64,000 nucleotides of DNA from Eledone cirrhosa (Eukaryota). How positions within the stretch are numbered: position 1 is the stretch's first letter; every line of letters starts with the position of its first letter. The notes beneath the pieces were generated by a model, which saw only the letters and a list, made by a program, of their open reading frames with translations, was not told the origin of the DNA and made no database searches. The stretch covers positions 225,060,001 through 225,124,000 of the forward strand of contig OZ024743.1 in assembly GCA_964016885.1 (NCBI GenBank). Reading direction: 5' to 3'. Shown one piece after another: positions 50,305 to 63,499 of the stretch. The position numbers and the translations under genes were made by a program.

Positions 50305-52458
50305 ATCATCATCATCATCAACATTTAACGTCCGTGTTCCACGCTTGCATGGGTTTGGACGGGGGTTTTCCAACTTGAGGCAAGAGTGATTGTCTTGCGC
50401 GCATAGGACTGTCTGGCAGGTTTTCTACAGTTGGATGCCCTTCCTAACACCAACCACATTTACAGTGTGGGTCTGGGAGGTTTTTACCGTGTTGCCTACA
50501 CGGCCACATTACAGCGTGGACTGTGTGTTTTTTTTTTGTCGTGACACCTACACAATCTCATTTGTTTCGGCCTGGATGGTGTGGCACCAACATAACTTTA
50601 CATAGAAGGGGGCGGTGTGGATGGGGTGGGGTGGTGGGACGGGGGTGTATTTTGTTAGAGATGCCTACTGACTATAGTAGGTTTTACTTTGTATTTAGGT
50701 AAGGCGGGTCTTCTCTATTACTGAGTACCGTCAAAGGTCTCGGTCCAGTGACATTGTCTTGGTGAGGTGTAAGTGTGTGAGGTCGGAGTTTATCAGCTCG
50801 TCCCAGGTTTTTCTGGGTCTGCCTATTCCGTGGCTACCGTCTATCTTTATTGCTCTGCACTTTGTTATACAGCTATCGTCCTTCATGCGCATCACGTGAC
50901 CATACCAACGTAGCCTTCTCTCGAGTAAACAACATCTGATCCCTCTTATTTCTAATTTTTTCCTTAGTTCGTTTATGCTTTGTCGTTCACGTATATTACT
51001 ATTACACATCCAGCGGAGCATGCAAGCTTCGTTTCTCTCTAGTCTGCGTATATCCTCTGCACACAATGCCCAGGTCCCACTGCCATGCAACATTGCTGTT
51101 CGTATGCAGGCATCGTACAACCTGCCTTTCATTTTTAGGGAGAACCCTTTAGCGGCTAATAGTGGTATAAGCTCTCTGAACTTTTTCCACCCAGTTCTGA
51201 CTCTAGCTACTGTACTTTCAGAGCACCCTCCCCCACTGCTGATTTTGTCACCCAGGTAACGGAAGCTGTCCACTATTTCTATAGAACCCTCTGCGCAGTT
51301 GAAAGAGCTAGTATTTTGTGGGCACTTGCTGCTACTTATTGCCCCAGAACACCGGCCACATGTAAAATCTATGTTCTTAGTTAGCTTACCTGTGATCCCA
51401 CTACATCTTTTATGCACCCAAACTTTGCATTTGGGACACGAAATGGAGTTTTTACCTACGCCTTTCCTACACTCTGCGCATGGCCACTTCCCGGAGGGGA
51501 CCGCCGCCTTATTTTCTTTCTTACAAACTAGAACTTTAGTCTTAGCCAGGTTAATTTTAAGGCCTTTTGATTCTAGGCCGTGCTTCCATGTTTGGAATTT
51601 CTTCTTTAGCTCGGCCATTGATTCAGCTGTGAGTGTTAGATCATCTGCGTATAGGAGTTCCCATGGGCAGCCGGTCTTGAACTCCACTGTTATAGCCTGG
51701 AGGGCAATAATAATTAGTAGGGGGCTAAGAACAGAGCCCTGATGAACACCAACTTTTACACTAAACTCTTCACTATATTCGTTGTTAATTCTAACCTTGC
51801 TGACTGTTTCTTTATACATGGCTTGTATAGCTCTCACAAGCCATTCATCAACACCTAGTTTTCTAAGAGCCCACCAGATAATGGAACGGGGGACTCTGTC
51901 GAAGGCCTTCTCCAAGTCGACGAAAGCTAAGTATAGGGGTTTACTTTTAGCTAGGTACTTCTCCTGTAGTTGTCGTACAATGAAAAGAGCGTCTGTGGTC
52001 CTTTTTCCTGACACAAACCCGAACTGCATTTCATCTAGATCAATTCGCTCTCTGATTAGTTGCGCTATTACTATTTCCGTGACCTTCATGACCTGGTCGA
52101 TTAATTTAATGCCTCTATAGTTACTCCTATCTAGGGCATCTCCTTTACCCTTATAACAGTTAACGATGATGCTGCTACGCCAGTCCTTCGGAACAACCCC
52201 ATTCTGTATGACTTGGTTGACTATCCGGGTTACCATGGTGTGTCCCACCATACCAGATGCCTTCAGCATCTCGGCAACTATTTCCAAAGGCGCAGCCGCC
52301 TTGCCCGTCTTCATATCTTTGATTGCCTTACTTATTATACTACCCTTGACTAACACTGCTGGTCCCTCTATTGGGTCGATGTGGGGGAGACTGTCTTTCT
52401 CCCATTTATTCTCCTCATTTAGTAGCCTTTCATAGTGACACTTCCAAGCTACCTTCTT
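50305..52458 (-). mobile_element. RTE family A, ~2.15 kb, 5'-truncated, young
   Basis: 582-aa ORF with RT, PHD finger and C-terminus; single late TGG>TGA stop; (GAT)n tail. Confidence 0.96.
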
Positions 52459-52693
52459 CCAATATTTAATACCATTCAAATAACCTTAATGCATAATTAA
52501 TTCATATCTCTTATACTCCTCAATACTTCTTTTTATCTCAACCTGCTCATACTTTTCTATATTTATTTTCTCATTTTTTTTAAAAACTTATTTATTTATT
52601 AACCTTTGTGATGTTATTTGTTAAGTGAATGTGAGGATGGAATAACAACAAAAAAAGAAATAAAAGTTATCAAAAACAGTCAAAACCAATAAT

Positions 52694-52876
52694 TGTTTCT
52701 ACTTTAGGCACAAGGCCAGCAATTACCCAGTTCATTACTGGTACTTTATTTTATCGACCCCGTAAGGATGAAAGGCAAAGTCAAGCTCGGCGGGATTTGA
52801 ACTCAGATCGTAAAGGGACGTAACTATGCTGCAAAGCATGGCGTCCAACCCTCTACTGATACTGCCAATCCACCGC
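52694..52876 (-). mobile_element. SINE family A with target-site duplication
   Basis: cagtcaaaaccaataat on both sides. Confidence 0.9.
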
Positions 52877-52956
52877 CAGTCAAAACCAATAATGCCTGCC
52901 CTAAGTATCTAGATGACCCTTGGTAGTCATTGCATATGAAGTGAAATCAAAGGAAA

Positions 52957-53391
52957 ATAATAATAATTTCCGATTTAGGCACAAGGCCAACAATTTTGGT
53001 GGTGGTGGTGGTGGTGGTGGTGGGGAAGTCGATTAAATCGACCCTAGTGTGTTACTGGTGCTTTATTTTATTGACCTGGTAAGGATGAAAGGCAAAGCAA
53101 ACCTCGGCGAGATTTAAACTCAGACTGTAAAGGGTCGTAATTCTATGATGCAAATCATGTCCGATGCTCTACTGATATTGCCAATGCACCACCCTTGGAT
53201 TCTGATTTAGGCACAAAGCCAACAATTTTGGAGGAGAAGAAAGTCAATTAGATCAACCCCAATGAGATTCTGGTACTTTATTTTATCGATCCTGGGAGGA
53301 TGAAAGCCAAAGCTAACCTCAGTGGGATATGAACACAGAACATAAAGGGCATAACTCGATGCTGTAAGGCATGTTGTTCAATGCTCTATAC
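52957..53391 (-). mobile_element. Two tandem SINE family A copies; the second is split by the hAT and resumes at 55886
   Basis: ..atgctctatac | caatactgccaat continuity across the hAT. Confidence 0.8.
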
Positions 53392-55885
53392 CAGGGTTTC
53401 CCAACCTGGCCGATATCGCCCACTGGTGGGATATTTCAATTATCGGGTGGTCGATGAACGAATTTTTAGGAAATGGTGGGCGACAAAGGATTTTCGGTAA
53501 TTAAGTATGTTATTGATCATATAATGCCCGGTATGCTGTAATCACAGAGCTTAGATGTGCTCTTCCCTAGTCTAGACTAAGGAAGTAGTATCCAGCTGTA
53601 TGACTGTAATTCATCTGTTTTCAACTGACTCGTCTAGCAGTTTACGGCTGCCGAACAGCTCACATGGACAGCTCGCAATGGACGCGCACACATCCGCGTG
53701 CATCAGTAAGCTGAAACAGGTGATGATGCAAGACCAATGGCAAAACGTGTTAACACTGCTGTTGTCGCGCATCGTGAATTTCTGCCTTTGCTGATTCCGC
53801 CTCTATGAATTCTTTTTTCAAATTTTAACTTCCCTGATGCCTCCGGTAAAGAAAACTTGTCGCCAGTACAGCATTGATTATTTATCATATGGATTTATTG
53901 CTTCTCCTCAGAACTGTCAATTACCCATGTGTCTTCTATGCCAGCAAACTTTGAGTAATGAAACCATGAAACCTTCACGCTTGAAATATCATTTTAATTC
54001 CAAGCATTCTGACAAAAAAGACAAACCGTTGTCATATTTTTGGCAACTTAAGGCCTCTTTCGAAAAGCGGAAAACACTGAACACGATGTTTAGGGAAGCA
54101 ACTGTACAGGAAAATGACAGTATGATTGCGTCATACAATATTGCATTACTGGTCGCAAAGACCGAAAAGTCCCACACTATAGGAGAACCATTGCTTCAAC
54201 CTGTCATTGAAGAAGTTCTGTCGACTGTAATGCACGAGAAGACCGACACAATTATCAAGAAAATTCCACCTAGTAACAATACAATGTCTCAACGAATAGA
54301 TGAAATGGCCACCGATGTCAAACATCAACTCATTCAAATTCTCCAGTGTTCTGAATTTTCTATACAAGTGGATGAGTCAACCGTTATAGACAACCAATGT
54401 TTGATGATGGTTTATGTTCGATATTTCAATGAATACCTTCAACCTTGTGAGGAAATGCTGTTCACAGAGAACTTGCTGCTTGATTTAAAATGTACATCTA
54501 TTTTCGATATGCTTAAGCATTTCCTTTCTGAACATCATATCCCATTAACCAATATTATTGCCTGTGCGTCTGATGGAGCCCCTTCCATGGTTGGAAGATA
54601 CAGAGGTTTTTCATCTATCCTAAAGCGTTAAATTTCTCAACAGATTTTAACAGTTCATTGTGTGATACACCGACAACATTTAGTGGCAAAAAATATCAAT
54701 GGTTGGTTGAATGATGCGCTGTAGTTGGTTATCAAGACTGCGAATAAACTGAAATCAAATTCCTTGTCTGATCAAATTTTCCGTCAACTGTGTCTCGATA
54801 ATGATGATGATGTTGTTAGGCTTTTGTACCATACCGAAGTATGATGGCTGTCAAAGGGCAACTGTGTTGTTCGCTTTGTTGAACTGTTTCATGTGACCAT
54901 ATCTTTCTTTGAAAGTACTCCTCTGTCGGCTTCATTGATTGCTGCAAAGCGGGATATGTTTTTTCTGAGTGATATATTCCTATTTAATGATTTGATTAAG
55001 TTGTTGCAAGGAAAGCAAAAAACTCTTGTCGACTGTAAATCATTCATCACCGCCTTCATTTCGAAATTGGTCCTGTATAAAATAAACATTTCCAAACGTC
55101 AATCGCATCAATTTCCACAACTGAATTCTTTGAAAGATGAATTGGTTGACGAGGATATCGTTACCTATCGTGACTATCTACAATCATTGTATGATGACAT
55201 GGTGGAGCGATTTCAAGATGTTATTACATTGAATATTCCAAATTGGTATAGCAATCCGTTTGAAGTCCAAGCAGTCTATTGCAAGGACGATGTTCAGGAG
55301 GAGCTAATTGAATTGCAAAATGATAATGAGGCCACAATGCGATATCGGCTTCATGACAAAGAAGGCTTGTGGTATCATCAAAGTATATTGAATTCTTACC
55401 CCAACCTATGGAAGCATTTGAAATTAATTTTGCTTGCTTTCCCAACGTCGTACTTGGTCGAATCTGGTTTCAGTCACGTTGGTACTTTACTTTATAAAAG
55501 CAGAAGTGGACTGGGTGTAGCCAAACGAGGAGACTTGCGATTAAAATTGACAAGTTTGCAAACAAATGTGTCTGCACTAGCCGCGTCGCATCAGCCTCAA
55601 GGATCACACTGAAAACTAAACATGGTGAGTTTGTTGACCATTTAAATTTTCAATTTTGTTTCATTGAGAAACATTTAGTAATCAAAAGCTTCATTCTTCT
55701 GAATAACATTTCAACTCCAAATGCCCATTTTGCATTATTTCATCTCAATAAATATTTCAATTTTTAAGCAACTGTTCTGAATAATGCTTTATTTTTGCAT
55801 CCTTAAAATTACTGCACAGGTGGGCGATGGCAATTTTTGTGTGTGGAAAAGTGGGCGATAACGACAAAAAGGTTGGGAACCCATG
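53392..55885 (+). mobile_element. Full-length hAT transposon, Buster/Charlie group
   Basis: TIR cagggtttcccaacct / aggttgggaacccatg; 8-bp TSD ctctatac/ctccatac. Confidence 0.95.
53837..55612 (+). pseudogene. Buster-type transposase with three in-frame stops
   Basis: CLLC..KPSRLKYHFNSKH, FSIQVDEST, DGAPSMVG, HCVIHRQHL, HTEV*WLSKG, FPTSYLVESGFS, HQPQGSH; single reading frame. Confidence 0.93.
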
Positions 55886-56842
55886 CTCCATACCAATACT
55901 GCCAATACACAGTCCACATAATAACAATAATGGTTTCTTTATTAGTCACACAGGGCTAACATTTAGTAAACAATAGAGATGGCAAAGGATGATACAGTGT
56001 GGGGTTTTGTGTGTAAAAATAGGTTATAACAAAAACTAAAAAATAAACATATAAAAATCAAACAAACAAAAACAAAAAGGGTCATTCATGGAAAAATAAA
56101 ACAGTTCGTTTACTAATATATGTTGGGGATTTTTTTTTTGTTATTGGACCTCCATCGGTTCCAACAGTGACTGAGCATTCCACAGAGACATTTATCCTTA
56201 ACATAGTTCTCAGGGAGACTCAGCTTAACAGTGTGTAACAAGACTAGCTTTTTAAATTATAGGTACAATTCATTTTTTCCAAGTGAGAAAAGTAGAGCAC
56301 CATGAAATAAAGTGATTTGTTCAAGAACAGAATGAACCACAAGGAATTGAACTCATGACCTTACTCATGAGCCACCCCACCCCCTAATTACTAAGTCATG
56401 GGCTTTCATAATAATACTATATGCTAATTATATCTTTACAAAAGTGTTTTACAAATTAGCCAAATATAATAGTTTGGCAATAAAAATAGCAAATGTCTGG
56501 CAGATGAAAGCAACAACAATCCCAGTAGTAATTGTTGGAGTTGGATTAACCTAAAAAAATACTGACAACCACCAACTTACCAAAATACACAAGATTCTCT
56601 CCTAACTAGCAGTCTTCTCATTCTTTCTACAACATTGTTTACATAATAACCTGGTCAAAATTCACTTTATTACTTAACATACTTTAATGATTGTTTTATT
56701 TGTCTATGTATGTGTTGCATATGCAATCTACAAGGCATGTCATTGCTTAGTGGTTAAGAAGGTTGTTTGTAGCGCTGTGGTTGAATGTTTGACCCACAAT
56801 GACATTGAATGACTGAATTTGCCTAACATTCCTATCACGCTA

Positions 56843-57998
56843 ATCATCATCATCATCATCATCAGGTTTAGCGTCCGTGTTCCACGCTTGCATGGGTTTG
56901 GACGGGGGTTTTCCCACTTGAGGCAAGAGTGGTTGTCTTGCTCGCATAGGACTGTCTGGCGGGTTTTCTACAGTTGGATGCCCTTCCTAACACCAACCAC
57001 ATTTACAGTGTGGGGCTGGGAGGTTTTTACTGTGTTGCCTACACGGCCACATTACAGCGTGGACTGTCTGGTGGGTTTTCTACAGCTGGATGCCCTTCCT
57101 AACACCAACCACATTTACAGTGTGGGGCTGGGAGGTTTTTACCGTGTTGCCTACACGGCCACATTTACAGCGTGGACTGTGTGTTTTTTGTCGTGACACC
57201 TACACGATCTCATTTGTTTCGGCCTGGATGTTGTGGGACCAACATAACTTTACATTGAAAGGGGCGGAGGTGGTGGGACGGGGGTGTGTTTTGATAGAGA
57301 TGCCTACTGACTGTAGTAGGTTTTTACTTTGTATTTAGGTAAGGCGGGTCTTCTCTATTACTGAGTACCGCCAAAGGTCTCGGTCCAGTGACATTGTCTT
57401 GGAGAGGTGTAAGCGTGTGAGGTCGGAATTCATCAGCTCGTCCCATGTTTTTCTGGGTCTGCCTACTCCGTGGCTACCGTCTATCTTTATTGCCCTGCAC
57501 TTTGTTATACAGCTGTCGTCTTTCATGCGCATCACGTGACCGTACCAACGTAGCCTTCTCTCGAGTAAACAACATCTGATCCCTCTTATTTCTAATTTTT
57601 TCCTTAGTTCGTTTATGCTTTGCCGTTCACATATATTACTATTGCACATCCAGCGGAGCATGCAAGCTTCGTTCCTCTCTAGTCTGCGTATATCCTCTGC
57701 ACACAATGCCCAGGTCTCACTGCCATGCAGCATTGCTGTTCGTATGCAGGCATCGTATAACCTGCCTTTCATTTTTAGGGAGAACCCTCTCGCGGCTAAT
57801 AGTGGTATAAGCTCTCTGAACTTTTTCCATCCAGTTCTGACTCTAGCTACTGTACTTTCAGAGCACCCTCCCCCACTGCTGATTTTGTCACCCAGATAAC
57901 GGAAGCTGTCCACTATTTCTATAGAACCCTCTGCACAGTTGAAGGAGCTAGTATTTTGTGGGCACTTGCTGCTACTTATTGCACCAGAGCACCGGCCA
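56843..57998 (-). mobile_element. RTE family A 3' fragment with ~110-bp duplication in 3'UTR
   Basis: ORF 57335-57913; ggactgtctgg..cagcgt occurs twice. Confidence 0.95.
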
Positions 57999-58016
57999 AT
58001 AAAGATAAGTACCAGT

Positions 58017-58181
58017 CAGGGCTGCCAAGAGAAATTTTGCAAGACAGTACAAGACCTTTTTGGGGCCCAAAGCAGGCAAAGATTTTTCTCAAAATGGATG
58101 TTGCATGGTTGCTGTGGAGCTTTTTTAGCTCTTGGGCCATGGAACAAAGTAACGGCTGGATCCCCCCTCTCATAGGCCCTG
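58017..58181. mobile_element. 165-bp hAT-type MITE
   Basis: cagggc..gccctg ends; perfect 8-bp TSD gtaccagt. Confidence 0.8.
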
Positions 58182-58784
58182 GTACCAGTTATATATTTTG
58201 ATATTCTTCATCAAGTAATTATTGGTCTTTCATAGTCAAAAGAAGTCAATATTTGTAAATCCTAAACATAAAGCAGAAAAGCTGAGGTGAGAGATTAGAA
58301 AAGTAAAAATAAAATGAAGGATAAATAAAGAACGAAACAAGCACACAGAATTTTAATGATTATTTTTGTCATATTTTAAATATATTTGTCAACCAAATCA
58401 AACATATTGTACCACATGAAACCGTATTAGTGAGATATTCTTGAAAAGTATAAAATAACACTGTGACTACATCTAGAGCGGGTGCTACTATTAGGCCAAC
58501 CTGGCAGCCATCATAGGGCATAAACATCAGACTGACATATTACTAAATCTCAAAGGTTCACAATTTCATAAAAATTTGTATAATTAACTTAGATATATAA
58601 TAATTTCCCATGATCAGTAAATAAATCACTAAACATCTTTGCTGCATTGAGAAAATATTCAAAGTAGTGGTGAGGGTAGTATGAAGATATGATCTGTAAC
58701 AATGATTTAGTGTGGAAAAGTGTGTTTATGTAGTAGAAAACACCAGGCTTAATGATTTTCTCTGAGTGACCAGAGCCTGAAAGC

Positions 58785-59095
58785 TAGTTGTTTCGCCCAC
58801 CACACTGTGCTAAACCTGATCATTAAACAGGCCCTGGCTCAGGTCAATATCCCCTCAGTTCTGGCACTGGCTGGATTATTCAGAAGTGATAGGAAGAAAA
58901 CAGATGGCTTTAACCTTTGTCCCTGGGTAAGAGGTAGGTGTCTCATTTGGAATGCCACAGTCAGTGACTCTTTTGCTCCCTCACACATCATGGACACCAT
59001 GGTAAATGTAGGGATCACTGCTTCCATTGCCAACTGGAATAAAATTCAGAAATACCAGTATTTATCAAATAATAATTTTTTCCAGCCATTAATAC
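58785..59095 (+). pseudogene. Restriction-like endonuclease relic of a CRE-type non-LTR retrotransposon
   Basis: LNLIIKQAL..GLFRSDRKKTDG..PWVRGRCLIWNATVSD matches the GL.R.DGKRPDG..PW..G..L.WD.T pattern. Confidence 0.65.
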
Positions 59096-60074
59096 TTAGG
59101 ATGGGTCACATAACTAGGAAGTAGTGCATATTGTAGGGTAGGGTTAGCCTAGGTTGCTAAATGTCCAAGTGCTAGCTCTGACCTCATCACATTAAAAATT
59201 AGTCTTAATTTTCATTCACTACAAATGTTCATAAGAATCTGTTTGTTAGTAAAGATGCTATAAACATTTGAATTAACAAAGCTGTTTTAGATATTTTCTG
59301 CTAAATTATTACAGGAGTTATGTGTTTAAGTTATTGAGATGGTAGGTATAAAATTGAGAATTCATAAATATTACCTTGTCCCCCTTTTTTTTAAAAATAT
59401 ATTTTGGGGGTGGGGATGAAATATCCAGGATATTTTAATCTAATCATGAAATAATTTGAAATTAGCAGAGATGTAAAATGTAGGAACTGAATTGCACAGT
59501 TGTTTCCAATTAAAATTGTGAAATAATGAATGGAGGTTAGAGAGAAAATTTCATACTATATTGAGAAAAATTAATAATCTTGGAATAAACACTATTAGGA
59601 AAAGCTTCTGGATAGAATTAAGTGAATGAGTAGGCAACTATTATGTGTGAAAGTAAAGTAGTGAGATAACCACTTAGTTGGTATGGTTATGTTTAATCAG
59701 TTCCTAATGAGCCCTATTGGAAACTACCAGAGTATTATATTCACCTCTGAATCACTTTTAACAAAACAACATATTCATTATAGACAGTAGCACCTTTAAG
59801 ACATTCCTGGTTTATTAACTCTCATTGAAAGTTCAGTGCTAGATAATTTAATAGAAAACAGATAGCAGTTCCGACAATTTGTACAGAAATTGGAATCATT
59901 TTCAACACTATAAACTAACTTGGCAATTAACTAACAGAACATTACAAACCCTTTACTGACTAACTGATGACACTTCTGTTAACATTGTGGTTTCATGTGG
60001 GAGAAAAATTAAATTAAATTTTAAATACCTGTACCAATAACTTCACACATTCAAACATCTATCTGTATGTGTGC

Positions 60075-60129
<55 letters not shown>

Positions 60130-60206
60130 GTTCAGAATATTTTTAATAGAGCAATATCATGACCAGCATTTAATGCCTGTTTTCCCTGCTAGCATAGATA
60201 GATAAT

Positions 60207-60544
60207 AGGAAGTTTCATTTACATATGAAAAATATTTATTGTGTATCGACCTGTTATGTATGTTTCGCAGAGGATTGGCTCAAGGTGACCCATAGGGGTT
60301 ATGGACCCGACTCCAGTATCGATCTGCTCCCCAGACTGGTAATGCAACAAAAGATATAGTTTTGTTTACCCCTATGGGTCACCTTGAACCAATCCTCTCA
60401 GAAACACGCGTAACAGATCGATACACAGTAAATATTTTTCATATGTAAATGAAACTTTCTCGCTTTTTCTATTATATACAATCTGCCTGTGCATAGAGTG
60501 CTTGGTTTGGTACCAACACCAGTATTTCAATGTACTACCTACAC
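60207..60544 (+). mobile_element. Inverted-copy + tail insert in (TAGA)n with partial hammerhead
   Basis: 93-bp arms 60207-60299 and 60368-60460; GAAA-cacgcg-TA-acagatcgatac pairs with gtatcgatctg at 60316; CUGANGA absent; tagatagata on both sides. Confidence 0.6.
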
Positions 60545-60665
60545 TAGATAGATAGAGGGTGTCCCCTCAAAAATATATACACAGTGATTACCTGTACAGA
60601 CAATATTTATTAGAATTCTGTTGATGTACGTATACATTTTTCTGGGACATTGTGCGCGTGCACGC

Positions 60666-60709
<44 letters not shown>

Positions 60710-62890
60710 TAAATAAAAAATATTTTAAAAAGTAATATATAGGCACTCCTTGGGGTGAGTGACCGAATGGTAATGTTGATTTAATATTTTCATGTGAAAT
60801 ATTTATGTAATTGAATAATAGGAATATATCTATGCATGTATTGAATTTTAACATTGTGTATGCCATATATAAAAGAGTAGGGTAACATTTGAAGGGGATT
60901 TAGTTGATATTTCTGCCAGCTGATAAAAATACTAAAAAGTATGTAACTTATAGAAGTACCATCTTACATGCACAACATAACCAAATGAAGTCAATAAGGA
61001 TTCAATTCATCCATTGATGTATCCTTTTTGCTCATGTTAAGTCTATTAATTGACAATCATTATCTAATCACAGATAAAACAATAGAACTGTGGGGACTAA
61101 TTTATTAAATTAATCTTTAATCCTTTGATCACCACATTTCTAACGAAGGATTATATTTAATACATTGAAAATAACCAAGAACTTGGAGGGATTTAGTAAT
61201 ACAATTACATTTACCATTATTAAGTTGTTGTTTGGAAACAAAAGTACTTACATAGAATTATGGTTGAAGGTTTTGTAGTGTAAAACCAGGAATTGTTAAA
61301 ATAGATCAAGCTTGATCTATGAATAGATTTTATCTCAACTGTCATAAAATCTATTTAAGGACCCAGTTTAATGATTTGTGAAAACTTTACCTCAAACTGA
61401 GCCAAGAAAAAATACAAAAATAAACAATAAAGAAAATCAAATCCAACTATTTATCACTTTAGACAAAACAACTTATGTTTCAAGGTCAGTGACTTTAGAC
61501 TATAAATAGATTAGGGATTGTCTTTGCATGGTCTTCAATCAAATTATATCCCATTGTCTCAAAAAAGCTAATAAAGTAATCTCTAGTGTAAAATTACACA
61601 CACATGTACACCAGGTCCGAACACAGAGGAACCAAACCCCCCCGTCTCACTGTTACAAGTAAATGGGGTCCCACGCATTGACCGCCCCATGGCACTGGCG
61701 GTCAGAATACAGAAGGCATACCCCGTAGAATGGTGAGGGAGATGCACAGGAAGAGTCATTCCAGCTCAGAAGGCTCACACATGTGGCTAGCCAGCTCAGC
61801 ACCTATGGTGGTGAGTAGGGAGGTGACCCTAGGGCCAAGCACACCAGAGGTCACCACTGCTAGAGACTCAACTGCAAATCTGTAAGTAACAACTTTATTT
61901 TAAATGTTCAGCTGCTGTAAAAATATGTATATTTGTAGACAGAGCCAATTGACACAAAAAGAAAAAAAACACAGGAGCAAACATTAATTTGGGTGAAGTA
62001 GTAGAGTTTATTATAGGAATGGTCAAAATAAAGCTATCCTCAGTTTATTTAAATAGTGTACATAGCAACGGGATTGCTTGCTTAGCTTTAGTGTTCAACT
62101 TTAACTAGCTACTCTTGAACTATACAACAACCCTTAATATTGCAACAAATTTTCTGTTTGCAGTCTACTCTACTACATTTCAAATACCACAAAGAGAAAG
62201 TTGAGCGTAATTTAATATCTTTACTCAAAGATACTTTATACTTCCCCATTCTTAGGCAATCCTGTGGAACAGATAAAGAACAAAAGATAAAAGTAATAAG
62301 TGATCCTTAACACAATAAGAGATCTTTAACAACAATAAAAGAAGCTAACAATTGTTTAATTAATAACTGTATAGAGAAAATAAACAACCATGATGCTAGT
62401 TTAACAAGCTAGATCAGCAGTTCCCAAATAATGATGCCTGACATACCAATATGCTGTTAGGTGCACCATAAAAATTAGTAAAATTGTATTTTAAATATCT
62501 GAAAAATACAAGGTAAAATTCTAAATATACTCTTTATAATTATGTATTATTTATTGAATAAGATGAAGGCATGTAATTTAGTTAGGGTGTTTGGGTCCAC
62601 AACTGTAAGGTTATGAGTTTGATTCTTGGTGGATTCAGCTGGAAAAAAATGAGTTGTACCTATAATGCCTTGCGACACAGTGTCATGCTCAATCTCCCTG
62701 AGAACTATGCTAAAGGTGCATGTGACTGTGGAATGATCAGCCACATGCATGATCATTTATGAGCAGGCTAGCTGTTCCATCGGCTAAACAACTGTTACAC
62801 TCATCACTTATTGTCAGAATCAATGGAAGTCCAATAACAACATTAATTATATAAAAATGTAAGTACTAAATCATTTTCTATAGTCTAAAT

Positions 62891-63499
62891 CACAGGTTCT
62901 CAACCCATTTAGGCCAAACGCCTCCTTTTGTCCCTCGAAATCACGAAACGTGATTAAGTGTGTAAGGATGTTGACATGATTTATGCTTTTTTTGGTAAGG
63001 AGAGAATTTTGACTCCAGATTTTATTACCTAGGGAGATTAAATACCACAGCTCTGACTGAAAGCTGACCAGGTTCTCAACCTCATCAAACACCAATGCCG
63101 GCCTGTGTGTATGTATGTATGTATGTATGTATGAATGTATGTATGTACGTATGCATGTGTGTGTGTGCGCGTGTATGATTGTATCACTATTGCTTCTTTT
63201 TCTTGTCGTTTGTGTTCTTTGTAACTGTTGTAAAAGTTGACGGTGTCCTTATTTTCATTTTCTTTGATTTCTTTCATTTTTCTTTTATCTCTCTAGGGAA
63301 TTTGTTGACAAGCTTCTTTTATTTATTTTCTTCGTTTTCTTCACTCAAATGCATTCACACTGCTGTCTCAGAGACATACAAATATGGCTTATAAAACTTA
63401 CCTAAGTAAATAGCCTAGCGCCCCTCAAAGCTTCAAATGTCCCCCTAACGCCCCCAAAGCTTCAAACTCCCCCCTAACGCCCCCCGTTGAGAACCTTTG
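62891..63499. mobile_element. Non-autonomous hAT (Charlie-like)
   Basis: TIR ca(c/a)aggttctcaac; TSD gtctaaat/gcttaaat; subterminal cccctaacgccccc repeats. Confidence 0.75.

Noticed and set aside
60590-60650. Possible first exon MSQKNVYVHQQ.. on minus
   Set aside because: Weak donor, adjacent to a microsatellite, no homology signal
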